Positions 21,645 through 33,401 of a DNA stretch of 64,000 nt are shown piece after piece (the first letter of the stretch is position 1; every line of letters starts with the position of its first letter). Under the pieces are notes generated by a model. It had not been told where the DNA came from. It saw only the letters and a list, made by a program, of their open reading frames with translations, and searched no databases. The stretch covers positions 1,664,001 through 1,728,000 of the forward strand of contig CAVUDP010000002.1 of NCBI GenBank assembly GCA_963740315.1, given 5' to 3'. The stretch is from an uncultured cyanobacterium (GTDB lineage Bacteria > Cyanobacteriota > Cyanobacteriia > Cyanobacteriales > Nostocaceae). The translations under genes and the position numbers were made by a program.

Positions 21645-22005
21645 AGTTTTAGCGAGTCAGTTTATTAAAGGGGCGGGCAAGATTTATTTTATTCGCCAGC
21701 AAGATTTCTTAAATTAGCGAGCAAGATGCTCGCACTACATGATATTTATACTTATAAAGTTGCGCCGAATTTAGCCCACGCAGGTGGGCTTTGTAATTGT
21801 AGCCCCACTCTTCAAGAGTGAGGGCGATTAAGAATTGGTATTGCAAATTAGATTCGCTGAGGATAATCATGATTTCTGTATTATTTTCCACCAGCCAAAA
21901 AAGAAATTACTCTACTATATAATGTAAAACATTTTGATTTTAAGTTTTAGATTTTGGATTGTATTTAATCTAAAGTCCAAAATCCAAAATCCAAAATATA
22001 AATAG

Positions 22006-24153
22006 TTAACCTTTGACGCAAAGCACCTGTTTCAAAGTCGCGACAACTTCTACTAAATCCGATTGATTTTCCATAACTTGTTCAATGGACTTATAAGCAC
22101 CGGGAATTTCATCTAAAACTCCTTCATCTTTACGACATTCTACTCCTTTTGTTTGCTCAATCAAATCATCAAGCGTATAGGATTTTTTGGCTTTACTTCT
22201 TGACATTAAACGCCCCGCACCATGAGAGCAGGAACAAAAACTTTCAACGTTACCTTTACCTTTAACAATGTAAGATTTTGCTCCCATCGAACCGGGAATA
22301 ATTCCGTAATCTTCTTTTTGCGCTCTCACCGCACCTTTACGAGTAACGTACACATCTTCGTCAAAATGCAGTTCCTTCTCGGAATAATTATGGTGACAAT
22401 TCACCTCTAATAAAGGTTTAAACGCCTTTCCACCCGCTAAATGCTTTTCAATAATCCGCTTAAACCTTGCCATCATTACATCGCGGTTAAAACGCGCGTA
22501 TTCCTGCGCCCACTGCAAATCGTGCCAATAAGCAGCAAATTCCGGCGTACCAGCGACAAAATGAGCTAAATCGGGGTCTGGTAGTTTATTATCCGCCATT
22601 TTAGCTAAATCCTTCGCCGTACTAATATGATACTGCGCTAACTTATTGCCAATATTGCGGGAACCAGAATGCAGCATCAGCCATACTTGGTTTTCCGTAT
22701 CTACACAAACTTCAATAAAGTGATTCCCACCACCGAGGGAACCCAACTGCTTCATGGCTTTACTTTCTAAATCTTGCACTCTACGATGCAAGTCTTTGAA
22801 ATCGCTCCAATTTTGCCAGTTGGTTACAGCTTTTTCTACATCTTTATTTTCATTAAAACCAGTCGGAATTGCTGCTTCAATATCTAAGCGAATTTTCTTT
22901 AGTTTTCCTTCTAATTGTTCGCCTTTAAATGGGGTTTTGATCGCTCCCATGCCGCAATTATGAACAAATACACCCGCTTTCAAAGCAAAGTTATGATATT
23001 CGGGTACCGTTAAACAATAAACATCTTCTTTATAGTCTACAGGTACAACAGCAACTACTTTATGATTACATTGATGTTGATTGCGACGGTGATTATGAAG
23101 TCCAATGGGAGATTTAATTTCCGCACCACAAATATCGCAGGTGTAATATCTGTTAGCAATCTCTTTAGATTTTGCTCGTCCTCTTTCGCTTTTGTTATAG
23201 CTTATTAAATACTCCTTTCCACGCAAACCATTATCAGCAACCGATTGTTTAAAATGTTCTGGCTGCTGCTCCATATATTTGAGGATATTACGAGTTCCTC
23301 TTTCAGCGTAATATTCGTATCCTTCTGAAGTTTGAGCTTTTTGAGCAAGTGCAGCTTTTCGATTTCTTTCAAACTTCGGAGATTGCCAAGATTGATTTCG
23401 TTCTACTAAACTACGATGATAAGCAGAATGTTCTCTATTCCCCATAAACTCCAAGTTTTCTGGTCGGTTGTCAGATTCACTGAAGTTACGATGATGAATA
23501 ACTGTTCTTTGTCCATCAAAACGAGGAATTTCTCCTAACAATCTCGACCTGGCAATTATCCAATGTGCTTTTTGCCATCTACCAGAATATGGCTGAGAAA
23601 TTAATGTGTAACCATCCTTATCTAATTTAGAATAAAACGGCATTAAAGATGTTTCAGGTTTAAGATATTGCGCTTCTTTATAAGTTCCATCCCGTAACAT
23701 AAATTGATGGTCTGGAGTACAAAGAATTGCTTCACCATTATCTAAAATTACTTTCACCAAAGACGCATTTTTTCTTGTCAATTTAGCATTAGCTTTTGCC
23801 GCTACAATTTTTCCTGTCTCGGTACAAGCATATACAATAAATTCTTCATTTTTAGAAGCTAATTCTTTTAATGAATAAGATTTTCCATCAACCAAAGGAA
23901 TTAAAGTGCTACCCACAAAACAACCAATATCAACCCCCACCGCAGCAGGAATTATCGCTTCTTTAGTGGCAATTACCGAACCAACTAAAGCGCCTTTACC
24001 TAAATGAACGTCGGGCATCAAAGCTATGTGTTTAAATACAAAAGGTAGCGATGCAACGTTTTTCGCCATCTCGATTTCGTTACCCTTTAGATCGTGATTT
24101 GCCCAAGATAAAACGGGCGATTCTGTTGATACTTCTAACTTTTTATAAGGCAT
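22006..24153 (-). CDS. rtcB: RtcB RNA ligase interrupted by an intein
   Basis: MPDVHLGKG, VGVDIG/CGM, GSLGGGNHFIE, LHSGSR, HHNY, SHGAGR, DEIPGAYK motifs; spliced product 393 aa. Confidence 0.95.
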   Translation of the reverse strand: MPYKKLEVSTESPVLSWANHDLKGNEIEMAKNVASLPFVFKHIALMPDVHLGKGALVGSVIATKEAIIPAAVGVDIGCFVGSTLIPLVDGKSYSLKELASKNEEFIVYACTETGKIVAAKANAKLTRKNASLVKVILDNGEAILCTPDHQFMLRDGTYKEAQYLKPETSLMPFYSKLDKDGYTLISQPYSGRWQKAHWIIARSRLLGEIPRFDGQRTVIHHRNFSESDNRPENLEFMGNREHSAYHRSLVERNQSWQSPKFERNRKAALAQKAQTSEGYEYYAERGTRNILKYMEQQPEHFKQSVADNGLRGKEYLISYNKSERGRAKSKEIANRYYTCDICGAEIKSPIGLHNHRRNQHQCNHKVVAVVPVDYKEDVYCLTVPEYHNFALKAGVFVHNCGMGAIKTPFKGEQLEGKLKKIRLDIEAAIPTGFNENKDVEKAVTNWQNWSDFKDLHRRVQDLESKAMKQLGSLGGGNHFIEVCVDTENQVWLMLHSGSRNIGNKLAQYHISTAKDLAKMADNKLPDPDLAHFVAGTPEFAAYWHDLQWAQEYARFNRDVMMARFKRIIEKHLAGGKAFKPLLEVNCHHNYSEKELHFDEDVYVTRKGAVRAQKEDYGIIPGSMGAKSYIVKGKGNVESFCSCSHGAGRLMSRSKAKKSYTLDDLIEQTKGVECRKDEGVLDEIPGAYKSIEQVMENQSDLVEVVATLKQVLCVKG
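22957..23922 (-). mobile_element. Intein (322 aa) with HNH homing-endonuclease-like domain
   Basis: Starts CFVGSTLI; block B LCTPDHQF; ends VYCLTVPEYHNF…VFVHN followed by Cys; internal VIHHRN…DNRPENL HNH motif. Confidence 0.92.
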
Positions 24154-24389
24154 AATACAATTTTAGATTTTAGATTTTAGATTATTATTTTAATGAATAA
24201 TATCTCGGTCACGGTTAGTATGAACCGTACCTGAAGAAAATCGCTTGTAATACGATTGTAGTACAAAAAGAGGGAAAGTCAATCTTGATGTGCAAAATAA
24301 AAAACACGCAGTTGGCAAAAATATAATAAAATTTTATTAAGCAAATATTTTTATCTTTAACGCAATACCCGTATTAAGGTTTTATACAG

Positions 24390-25283
24390 ATGGCAGTTAC
24401 TGAAAATACGCTCTGGGAACGTTTTTTGTCTCCTGTAGTTCGTTTGTTTATTAATGAAGAAGAGTTGCGACGTTATTCCGAAAGCGTGGATTGGGAACAA
24501 GAGAGCGATCGCTTCCGACGAGATGATGTCGTGATTCCCGCATACTACAGTTCTCAGAATTTTCACGGGGTACCGAAAGGATACTTAAATTCTGGTGCTG
24601 CGGTGAGTTACGATGCCATTACTCAATATGTTTTACCACCGAATGAAAGTTGGATTCGTCAAGCTCTAATTGATGCGGTACAAGTAAAGCCCCGTCGTAT
24701 TCTCGATCTTGGCTGCGGCACGGGTTCGACAACTTTAATGTTAAAACAGGCTTTTCCAGATGCCGAAGTCATTGGATTGGATTTGTCTCCTTATATGTTG
24801 CTCAGAAGTTTCCACAAGTCGCAAAGTGTTGGTTTAAACATCGAGTGGCAGCAGGGAAATGCCGAAAATACATCTTTTCCCGATGCTTCGTTTGATTTAG
24901 TTACAGCTTCTTTGTTGTTCCATGAAACGCCGATCGCAGCTACACAAGCGATTTTGCATGAATGTTTTCGGTTGCTGGTACCTGGGGGACAAGTTTTGAT
25001 TTTAGATGGCAATCAGAAAACCTTACGTCAGCTAGAATGGCTGAATAATATTTTTGAAGAACCTTATATTCAGGAATATGCGAATGATAGTACCGATGCA
25101 AGTATGGGTGCGGCGGGATTTGCAGCAGTACGAACCGAAGATGTATGGTTTATTAGTCAACTAACTAGCGCTATCAAGCCGATTTTAGCAGAAAGTGCTA
25201 CCGCTCAAACGGATGTTAGGCATTACACTCCTAGCTCTAGTAGTACCTTAGATGATAGCTTTGGTTTACCGTCCCCAGCGTAG
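24390..25283 (+). CDS. Class I SAM-dependent methyltransferase
   Basis: ILDLGCGTG, FDLVTASLLFHE, LVPGG. Confidence 0.9.
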   Translation: MAVTENTLWERFLSPVVRLFINEEELRRYSESVDWEQESDRFRRDDVVIPAYYSSQNFHGVPKGYLNSGAAVSYDAITQYVLPPNESWIRQALIDAVQVKPRRILDLGCGTGSTTLMLKQAFPDAEVIGLDLSPYMLLRSFHKSQSVGLNIEWQQGNAENTSFPDASFDLVTASLLFHETPIAATQAILHECFRLLVPGGQVLILDGNQKTLRQLEWLNNIFEEPYIQEYANDSTDASMGAAGFAAVRTEDVWFISQLTSAIKPILAESATAQTDVRHYTPSSSSTLDDSFGLPSPA

Positions 25284-25292
25284 TAAGCAAGC

Positions 25293-26015
25293 ATGATCAA
25301 GGCAGTTATATTTGATTTTAATGGCGTTATCATCAACGATGAGCCGATTCATCAGCAGTTGATTGAAGAAATTTTGCTGGAAGAAAATTTGGTACTTAAA
25401 CCGGGTGAGTATCGAAAAGTTTGCTTGGGGTGTAGCGATCGCGCTTGTTTGCGAGATTTATTAGCAAGTCGCGGCAGAGTTGTTGATGAAGAATATTTAA
25501 CTAAATTACAACAAAAAAAAGCCCAAAGCTACGCCGAGCAAATAGAAACCTTAGAAAAACTGCCTTTATATCCCGGTTTGCAAGACTTAATATATAAAAT
25601 ACGTGTAGGTAAGTTAAAGTTAGCAATAGTTAGCGGCGCGATTCGCAAAGAGATTGACTTAGTTTTGCACCGCGCCGAGTTAGCAGAATATTTTCAAATT
25701 ATAGTTGCCGCAGACGACATCACTACTACCAAACCAAATCCTGACGGTTATTTACTAGCGATCGAACATCTGAGCCAAGAATATCCAGAATTAAATCTGC
25801 AAGCAAACGAATGTTTGGCAATTGAAGATACATTAAGTGGTATTCAAGCAGCAAAAGCAGCAGAGATGAAAGTAGTGGGAGTTGCGAATACCTATCCATT
25901 TCATATGCTACAACGTCAAGCCAACTGGACTGTAGATTATTTAACTGAATTGGAATTAGAGCGAATACAAGAAATTTATTCTCCCGCACCAGTGCAATCA
26001 ACTGGCGAGGAATGA
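25293..26015 (+). CDS. HAD family phosphatase/hydrolase
   Basis: FDFNGV motif I, KPNP, AIEDT.SG motif IV. Confidence 0.9.
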   Translation: MIKAVIFDFNGVIINDEPIHQQLIEEILLEENLVLKPGEYRKVCLGCSDRACLRDLLASRGRVVDEEYLTKLQQKKAQSYAEQIETLEKLPLYPGLQDLIYKIRVGKLKLAIVSGAIRKEIDLVLHRAELAEYFQIIVAADDITTTKPNPDGYLLAIEHLSQEYPELNLQANECLAIEDTLSGIQAAKAAEMKVVGVANTYPFHMLQRQANWTVDYLTELELERIQEIYSPAPVQSTGEE

Positions 26016-26610
26016 TGTTATATAGCAACCCTAAATCATTTTGGGACTTACGCTGGCACAATTTTCTTGTAGGGTGTGTGACGCTACGAAAAAATATGAA
26101 CGTAGTAATAAGACTTGTAGCGTCACGCACCAACCGGGTAAGTTGTTACGCATTTAACTTGTATAATATTAGCGACCAAGATGGTCGCACTACAATATTT
26201 TCACGTTTTAGGATTATATAATTTAGCTGCACATCAGCTTATTATGACAATTTCGCAAGTCCTGTCATAGTTATTAATATTTAGAATTGTAGTGCGAGCA
26301 TCTTGCTCGCTGGCAGTAGCGAAGCATCTTGCTGGCATTAATTATTGATATTTCACGAATCATTTAGGATTGCTATAGTTAATTAAATATTTTTAGAGTT
26401 GATTTTTTAATCTAAACAGGACTTACGTAAGCCCCCCTTGCCAAGGGGGGTTGGGGGGATCTAAAATGTCAGGAACACTAAAACTGATAACTTGTACCAA
26501 TCTCAATTAGCCTTCACAACCACCTTGGAATAAATTCCCAGGCTTATAGGCAAAGTCTACTTAAGTAGACTGCGACTTCGGGAATAGTACAAGGGCAAGC
26601 ACCTCGAAGG

Positions 26611-29600
26611 TTTTCAATCCCGTTGCCGGGATTCATAAATAAGAAACTGATTGCTGCTGGTGCATTATTGTGTAGAGTTAAATGTTTCAATCCCGTTGCC
26701 GGGATTCATAAATAAGAAACCGACTATCTTTTTATTAACAACCACGCTTACAGCGAGTTTCAATCCCGTTGCCGGGATTCATAAATAAGAAACCTCGACC
26801 GGGTAATGCACGTTGTCCGTCTTTACCGTGTTTCAATCCCGTTGCCGGGATTCATAAATAAGAAACAGTACATTTACTGAAAAATTAAATTAGCAAATTA
26901 TAGTTTCAATCCCGTTGCCGGGATTCATAAATAAGAAACATCTTTATCAATGAGACAGGACTTACCAAAATACACTTGTTTCAATCCCGTTGCCGGGATT
27001 CATAAATAAGAAACATCAAACAATATTAGCTGTAAACATTTCGGGGAGTTGTTTCAATCCCGTTGCCGGGATTCATAAATAAGAAACGAAATTTCAGGGA
27101 ATAAAAATGTTGTTGTGTTATGTTTCAATCCCGTTGCCGGGATTCATAAATAAGAAACCTAAACATTTGCTCGTTTCGGACCCACTCGTTAAAAGTTTCA
27201 ATCCCGTTGCCGGGATTCATAAATAAGAAACAATAGTAGAGGTTAGTGCAACTCGCGCAATGTTTGTTTCAATCCCGTTGCCGGGATTCATAAATAAGAA
27301 ACAACCAACTTCTAATCCTTTGACCGTAAGAATATTTGTTTCAATCCCGTTGCCGGGATTCATAAATAAGAAACGACTAACTTTACACCTGTATTAACCG
27401 TAGTTGAACCCGTTTCAATCCCGTTGCCGGGATTCATAAATAAGAAACAATAGTTGAACGCACTAACGAATATGAATTTTTACGTTTCAATCCCGTTGCC
27501 GGGATTCATAAATAAGAAACCTTAGATATCTCTTCTAAAGTTGTTTCAACTATCTCGTTTCAATCCCGTTGCCGGGATTCATAAATAAGAAACCTACCAG
27601 CTTGGGGACAACTACTTATGCTGGTGCGAGTTTCAATCCCGTTGCCGGGATTCATAAATAAGAAACAAAGCATGGTTCGCTGACACTCCTGATGATGTTT
27701 CGTTTCAATCCCGTTGCCGGGATTCATAAATAAGAAACCAAAGTAAACGTAGTGTATGAAGAAGGTAATATTTCTGTTTCAATCCCGTTGCCGGGATTCA
27801 TAAATAAGAAACGTGGGAGATTATAAAATATTGTCTTACGAGCAAGAGTTTCAATCCCGTTGCCGGGATTCATAAATAAGAAACAACCGCGATCGGTCCG
27901 AATATCTGGTTCCCAATTGTCATGTTTCAATCCCGTTGCCGGGATTCATAAATAAGAAACCAGGGGTTTACTTTCAGATAGAACTCAGGCTTATACGAAT
28001 GTTTCAATCCCGTTGCCGGGATTCATAAATAAGAAACTTTTCAGCTTACAACTTGACACCAACAATACCAAAGGTTTCAATCCCGTTGCCGGGATTCATA
28101 AATAAGAAACAGTTCCGCAATGGGTGCTACCTATTCGGACTGTACGTTTCAATCCCGTTGCCGGGATTCATAAATAAGAAACTTTTTTAGAGATTTTTTT
28201 CAGACCCCCATTTTGGGGTTTCAATCCCGTTGCCGGGATTCATAAATAAGAAACTCAATTTAGGCAATAACAATAATCCTTTAGCAAATTGTTTCAATCC
28301 CGTTGCCGGGATTCATAAATAAGAAACTATTAAATTAGGCGATTTCCCCGATAAATTTTAGTTTCAATCCCGTTGCCGGGATTCATAAATAAGAAACCCA
28401 AATCCAGCAGATGAAGAATATATTTCTTGAATTGTTTCAATCCCGTTGCCGGGATTCATAAATAAGAAACTCCTAAGCCAGCATCTAACTGTTCTTTAGT
28501 TCCATTGTTTCAATCCCGTTGCCGGGATTCATAAATAAGAAACATTTTACTGAAGGTGAAGGTGGTAATAACCAGTATTGTTTCAATCCCGTTGCCGGGA
28601 TTCATAAATAAGAAACCTGTGGTTAGTTGCAAATATGTTCTGAGTATGTCTTGTTTCAATCCCGTTGCCGGGATTCATAAATAAGAAACACTTAAAGAAA
28701 TATATAAAGATTTCCAAAACAATAGTTTCAATCCCGTTGCCGGGATTCATAAATAAGAAACTTCCTTACGTTCCTCCATTAACTCTAAATCTAAGCGTTT
28801 CAATCCCGTTGCCGGGATTCATAAATAAGAAACCTTATAACGCACAATCAGGTAGTATTAAAAATTCTTCGTTTCAATCCCGTTGCCGGGATTCATAAAT
28901 AAGAAACTAAATCTCAGTATAAGGATATTGTTGCTACTAAACGTTTCAATCCCGTTGCCGGGATTCATAAATAAGAAACATTCAAGGACCACAATTCCAG
29001 CAGTTTGAAGCAAGTTTCAATCCCGTTGCCGGGATTCATAAATAAGAAACATGAAGTGTCTTCTGAAGGAGACGGTAGATTTAGCGGTTTCAATCCCGTT
29101 GCCGGGATTCATAAATAAGAAACTATTGGCAACAGTAATACTAACGACAATGACGGCTGTTTCAATCCCGTTGCCGGGATTCATAAATAAGAAACATATA
29201 CTCTCCGAGGTAGCTACCTCTTGGCTGATAGTTTCAATCCCGTTGCCGGGATTCATAAATAAGAAACTCGCGAGCTAACCGAGAAAATCCGTATACCAAG
29301 TCTGGTTTCAATCCCGTTGCCGGGATTCATAAATAAGAAACTTAAATATTGTAGATTCTCAGTTGGGCAAGATAATTGTTTCAATCCCGTTGCCGGGATT
29401 CATAAATAAGAAACTATCAAGCAGCTTATGAAAAAAAACATGGATTCAAAATGTTTCAATCCCGTTGCCGGGATTCATAAATAAGAAACTTGGTAATCGA
29501 GTGAACCAATCGTAAATTTTGACGGTTTCAATCCCGTTGCCGGGATTCATAAATAAGAAACGTAACGCCAATTTCGGCAGATTTGATGGCTAATTCATGT

Positions 29601-32398
29601 TTCAATCCCGTTGCCGGGATTCATAAATAAGAAACTGTATTGCCAACAAAAATACAGCTAGACTTTAACTGTTTCAATCCCGTTGCCGGGATTCATAAAT
29701 AAGAAACAACACTAACTCAAGTGGTAGTAAGTTAACCATTAGTTTCAATCCCGTTGCCGGGATTCATAAATAAGAAACTGAACTGCCATATAGAAGAAGT
29801 TACCAGTTCTAAGTTTCAATCCCGTTGCCGGGATTCATAAATAAGAAACAAGACTCTTAATTATTCAGTAAGTTTAAAACGGGGGTTAGTTTCAATCCCG
29901 TTGCCGGGATTCATAAATAAGAAACTATTCGGGTGTGAGTCGGCTGAAGTAAATTTAAACCGTTTCAATCCCGTTGCCGGGATTCATAAATAAGAAACGA
30001 CGGATTCTATTTTGGTACCATTGCTGTGATATTGTTTCAATCCCGTTGCCGGGATTCATAAATAAGAAACAACTAAGGGGTAGTTGGGTACACAGAAAAG
30101 TTGCCTGTTTCAATCCCGTTGCCGGGATTCATAAATAAGAAACCCCTCAACGTTGCTGGTTTTAATGGTTCCCATGCCTGTTTCAATCCCGTTGCCGGGA
30201 TTCATAAATAAGAAACAAACACCGACTAACAATAGTGAAATAAAAATTTATTTGTTTCAATCCCGTTGCCGGGATTCATAAATAAGAAACAACTTAAAAG
30301 TAGAAGCAGAAGAAGACATTGAAATTGTTTCAATCCCGTTGCCGGGATTCATAAATAAGAAACCAGTAATAGCTGTGAAAATACACTTATCACTCTCAGT
30401 TTCAATCCCGTTGCCGGGATTCATAAATAAGAAACAAAAATCTACTTACCTTACATAGACCTTTTAAATCGTTTCAATCCCGTTGCCGGGATTCATAAAT
30501 AAGAAACACGCCTGCCTGCCCACACAAGAGTATAAATGGACACGTTTCAATCCCGTTGCCGGGATTCATAAATAAGAAACTTGGTTACTCAATTTCAAAA
30601 GATAGATTTTTCTAGTTTCAATCCCGTTGCCGGGATTCATAAATAAGAAACACAAAGGCATCAATTTATAAGGGTCTATATTTTGAAGTTTCAATCCCGT
30701 TGCCGGGATTCATAAATAAGAAACTATCTTTCTTTGCTTTTCTTGAATGTAAGACGAAAGTTTCAATCCCGTTGCCGGGATTCATAAATAAGAAACTAGA
30801 ATATTTTGCGTTTATACAGGCGGGTGATAAGTTTCAATCCCGTTGCCGGGATTCATAAATAAGAAACTAGAATTGAAGAATCTCGTAAGCTTGGAAATGA
30901 TGGTTTCAATCCCGTTGCCGGGATTCATAAATAAGAAACTTACCGGCTGTCATTTCAAGTCCGGTTAAAATTGCACGTTTCAATCCCGTTGCCGGGATTC
31001 ATAAATAAGAAACTTGAACTAAAGCCCCATAAGTAGACTTACCTTTATGTTTCAATCCCGTTGCCGGGATTCATAAATAAGAAACTCCTCAAGAAAACTT
31101 TCATCAATCTATAGGCGATTGTTTCAATCCCGTTGCCGGGATTCATAAATAAGAAACCCCAAAAAGAGTTAGCATCGACTACTAACGGTAATAGTTTCAA
31201 TCCCGTTGCCGGGATTCATAAATAAGAAACGACTTGAGGAGTAGTGAGAGGTTGGGGCATTTGCCTGTTTCAATCCCGTTGCCGGGATTCATAAATAAGA
31301 AACTTACATCAGCATTAATAGGTAATTGTCTAATAAGAAGTTTCAATCCCGTTGCCGGGATTCATAAATAAGAAACATAAAACAGTCCATTTTGATCGGC
31401 GAAGTCTTGAAAGTTTCAATCCCGTTGCCGGGATTCATAAATAAGAAACTTTAAAAGCGCGATCAGCCAACTTTTTAATAAACAGGTTTCAATCCCGTTG
31501 CCGGGATTCATAAATAAGAAACCGTTCCGTAAGCCATACGAAAGAACAATATCAAAGGTTTCAATCCCGTTGCCGGGATTCATAAATAAGAAACTTCCCA
31601 ATTATCTTGCTGCTGGAACTCAACGATTAAGTGTTTCAATCCCGTTGCCGGGATTCATAAATAAGAAACTATTCTCTCCACAATTTTTGTAGTAAAACCA
31701 TTCTTGTTTCAATCCCGTTGCCGGGATTCATAAATAAGAAACTTGAATTTCTGACTTATTGATATTAACCCCGCTTTCGAGTTTCAATCCCGTTGCCGGG
31801 ATTCATAAATAAGAAACTTGTCTCTTGTAGTTTGCTAATTTCTGTCTGTAAGTTTCAATCCCGTTGCCGGGATTCATAAATAAGAAACTTCTACGTTTTT
31901 CTACTTCCGGGTCGATATCTATCAGTTTCAATCCCGTTGCCGGGATTCATAAATAAGAAACTTTATCGATAAACATTTTAACGTTGTTAGGGTTTAAGTT
32001 TCAATCCCGTTGCCGGGATTCATAAATAAGAAACTTTTTTATTTTCTTGGTGGCGAATGTAATCATTTTTGTTTCAATCCCGTTGCCGGGATTCATAAAT
32101 AAGAAACAAAATTAATGACATTTCTCTCCAGTAGAAGCTGCATGTTTCAATCCCGTTGCCGGGATTCATAAATAAGAAACTTTTTTCAGTAAAGGATAAT
32201 GGAAAGGGGATTTCTCGTTTCAATCCCGTTGCCGGGATTCATAAATAAGAAACAACATTGTTATTCCCGACATGAGGACTAAGATGGAGGTTTCAATCCC
32301 GTTGCCGGGATTCATAAATAAGAAACACCTGCACAAATTGCTTACGCCCAAAAATATGGGAGTTTCAATCCCGTTGCCGGGATTCATAAATAAGAAAC
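26611..32398 (-). CRISPR. CRISPR array 1, about 80 repeats / 79 spacers; repeat (transcribed sense) GTTTCTTATTTATGAATCCCGGCAACGGGATTGAAAC
   Basis: 37-bp repeats with unique spacers of roughly 33-40 nt; leader next to cas2; terminal repeat at 26611 has one mismatch; count is manual. Confidence 0.99.
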
Positions 32399-32590
32399 TC
32401 CGCCATCTGAAATCCTTTAACAGAGCTAAATCCAGAGCCGATTTTGACGGGGGGATTTAAAAACTCTATTTCAGCGATTTGAGAAAAGCTAAAACCCAAC
32501 ATACGAAACTCTGAAACTATTCAATTATCAAGGTTCTGGCGTTTTGACGGGACATCAGGGTTTTCGACCCCGCTTTCCCCGGTCAAAAAT
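32399..32590 (-). promoter_or_regulatory. CRISPR leader of array 1
   Basis: Lies between cas2 and the first repeat; reverse complement aligns over ~190 bp with 43575-43764. Confidence 0.85.
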
Positions 32591-32604
32591 AGTGTAGCAG
32601 ACTT

Positions 32605-32898
32605 TTACAAAATTATAGTATCAATCTGTCTGGGTTGCTCGGAACCGTAGGTAATGGTTTTGCGAATCGAATGAGCATCCAATATATAGATCCGAACTGA
32701 ATCTTCTTGCTGTTTAATCAATTGTTCTATTTGTACCTTGAGTTTAGCAAACTGGATTTTCGTTAAAAAACACTCAAATACGCTGTATTGCGTCCATTTT
32801 CCGTAACCAGAAAGCAGTTTATGCAGTCTTGTGCGGCGTTTGTTGGCTTTTTTATTGTCGGGTAAATCGTAAATTATCAGGTAAAACGGGGTTTTCAT
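32605..32898 (-). CDS. cas2: CRISPR-associated endonuclease Cas2
   Basis: YLIIYDL…KRRTRL.KLL.GYG.W.QYSVFEC motif. Confidence 0.97.
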   Translation of the reverse strand: MKTPFYLIIYDLPDNKKANKRRTRLHKLLSGYGKWTQYSVFECFLTKIQFAKLKVQIEQLIKQQEDSVRIYILDAHSIRKTITYGSEQPRQIDTIIL

Positions 32899-32946
32899 CT
32901 TCTTTTGCTTTGTAAGGTGTTCCGTAGTGCGAGCATCTTGCTCGCT

Positions 32947-33273
32947 GGAGCCACATTAAATATGATGGGTTTGTAGTAAGGGCTTCAGCCCTAAATCCGG
33001 AGCGCTAAAGCGCTTACGGAAATTAATCTCTCAGGAATTGCATAATAAATTATTCGCTTCAGCCCTAAATCCGGAGCGCTAAAGCGCTTACGGTTTCGAT
33101 AAGCTAAAGCTAAGCCTACCTTTACAAGCTTCAGCCCTAAATCCGGAGCGCTAAAGCACTTACTATGAAATTATCGTACAAAGCCGACGCAAGGGAATCA
33201 GCTTCAGCCCTAAATCCGGAGCGCTAAAGCACTTACTACGAACCTTTTTACCTATCAAAATTAATGTGGCTCC
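32947..33273. mobile_element. MITE/REP-like element enclosing the mini-array
   Basis: 24-bp imperfect inverted ends, 13 bp perfect (GGAGCCACATTAA…TTAATGTGGCTCC); no target duplication seen. Confidence 0.55.
32982..33236. CRISPR. Cryptic CRISPR-like mini-array: 4 x 36-bp repeat GCTTCAGCCCTAAATCCGGAGCGCTAAAGC(G/A)CTTAC with 3 unique spacers
   Basis: Repeats at 32982, 33056, 33128, 33201; spacers of 38, 36, 37 nt, mutually unrelated; function unproven. Confidence 0.7.
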
Positions 33274-33401
33274 GTACTAGCTACTCAAAAAACATTCCAC
33301 AACTGTGGAAACATCCTGCTCCCTAACTAATCAAAAAACATTCCACAACTGTGGAACATTTTTCTACCCCCTCTACCCCCTCTACCCCCTCCCTAACTAT
33401 T

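Noticed and set aside
24154..24389. tRNA or Y-RNA beside rtcB
   Set aside because: Only a short hairpin (ACGGTT…AACCGT) was seen; no cloverleaf features
26012..26221. 69-aa ORF (also 21709-21891, 10434-10667, 12439-12645)
   Set aside because: They overlap REP-like repeats or AT-rich intergenic DNA and show no protein-like motifs
27724..32460. Short ORFs within CRISPR arrays (also 44192-44712 and 63552-63914)
   Set aside because: They are translations of repeat-spacer units (MNPGNGIET / VSIPLPGF)
33164..33200. Mini-array spacer 3 as a guide against the cas3'/WYL promoter
   Set aside because: Only 8-9 nt matches (GAAATTATC, AAAGCCGA) were seen, which is expected by chance in AT-rich DNA
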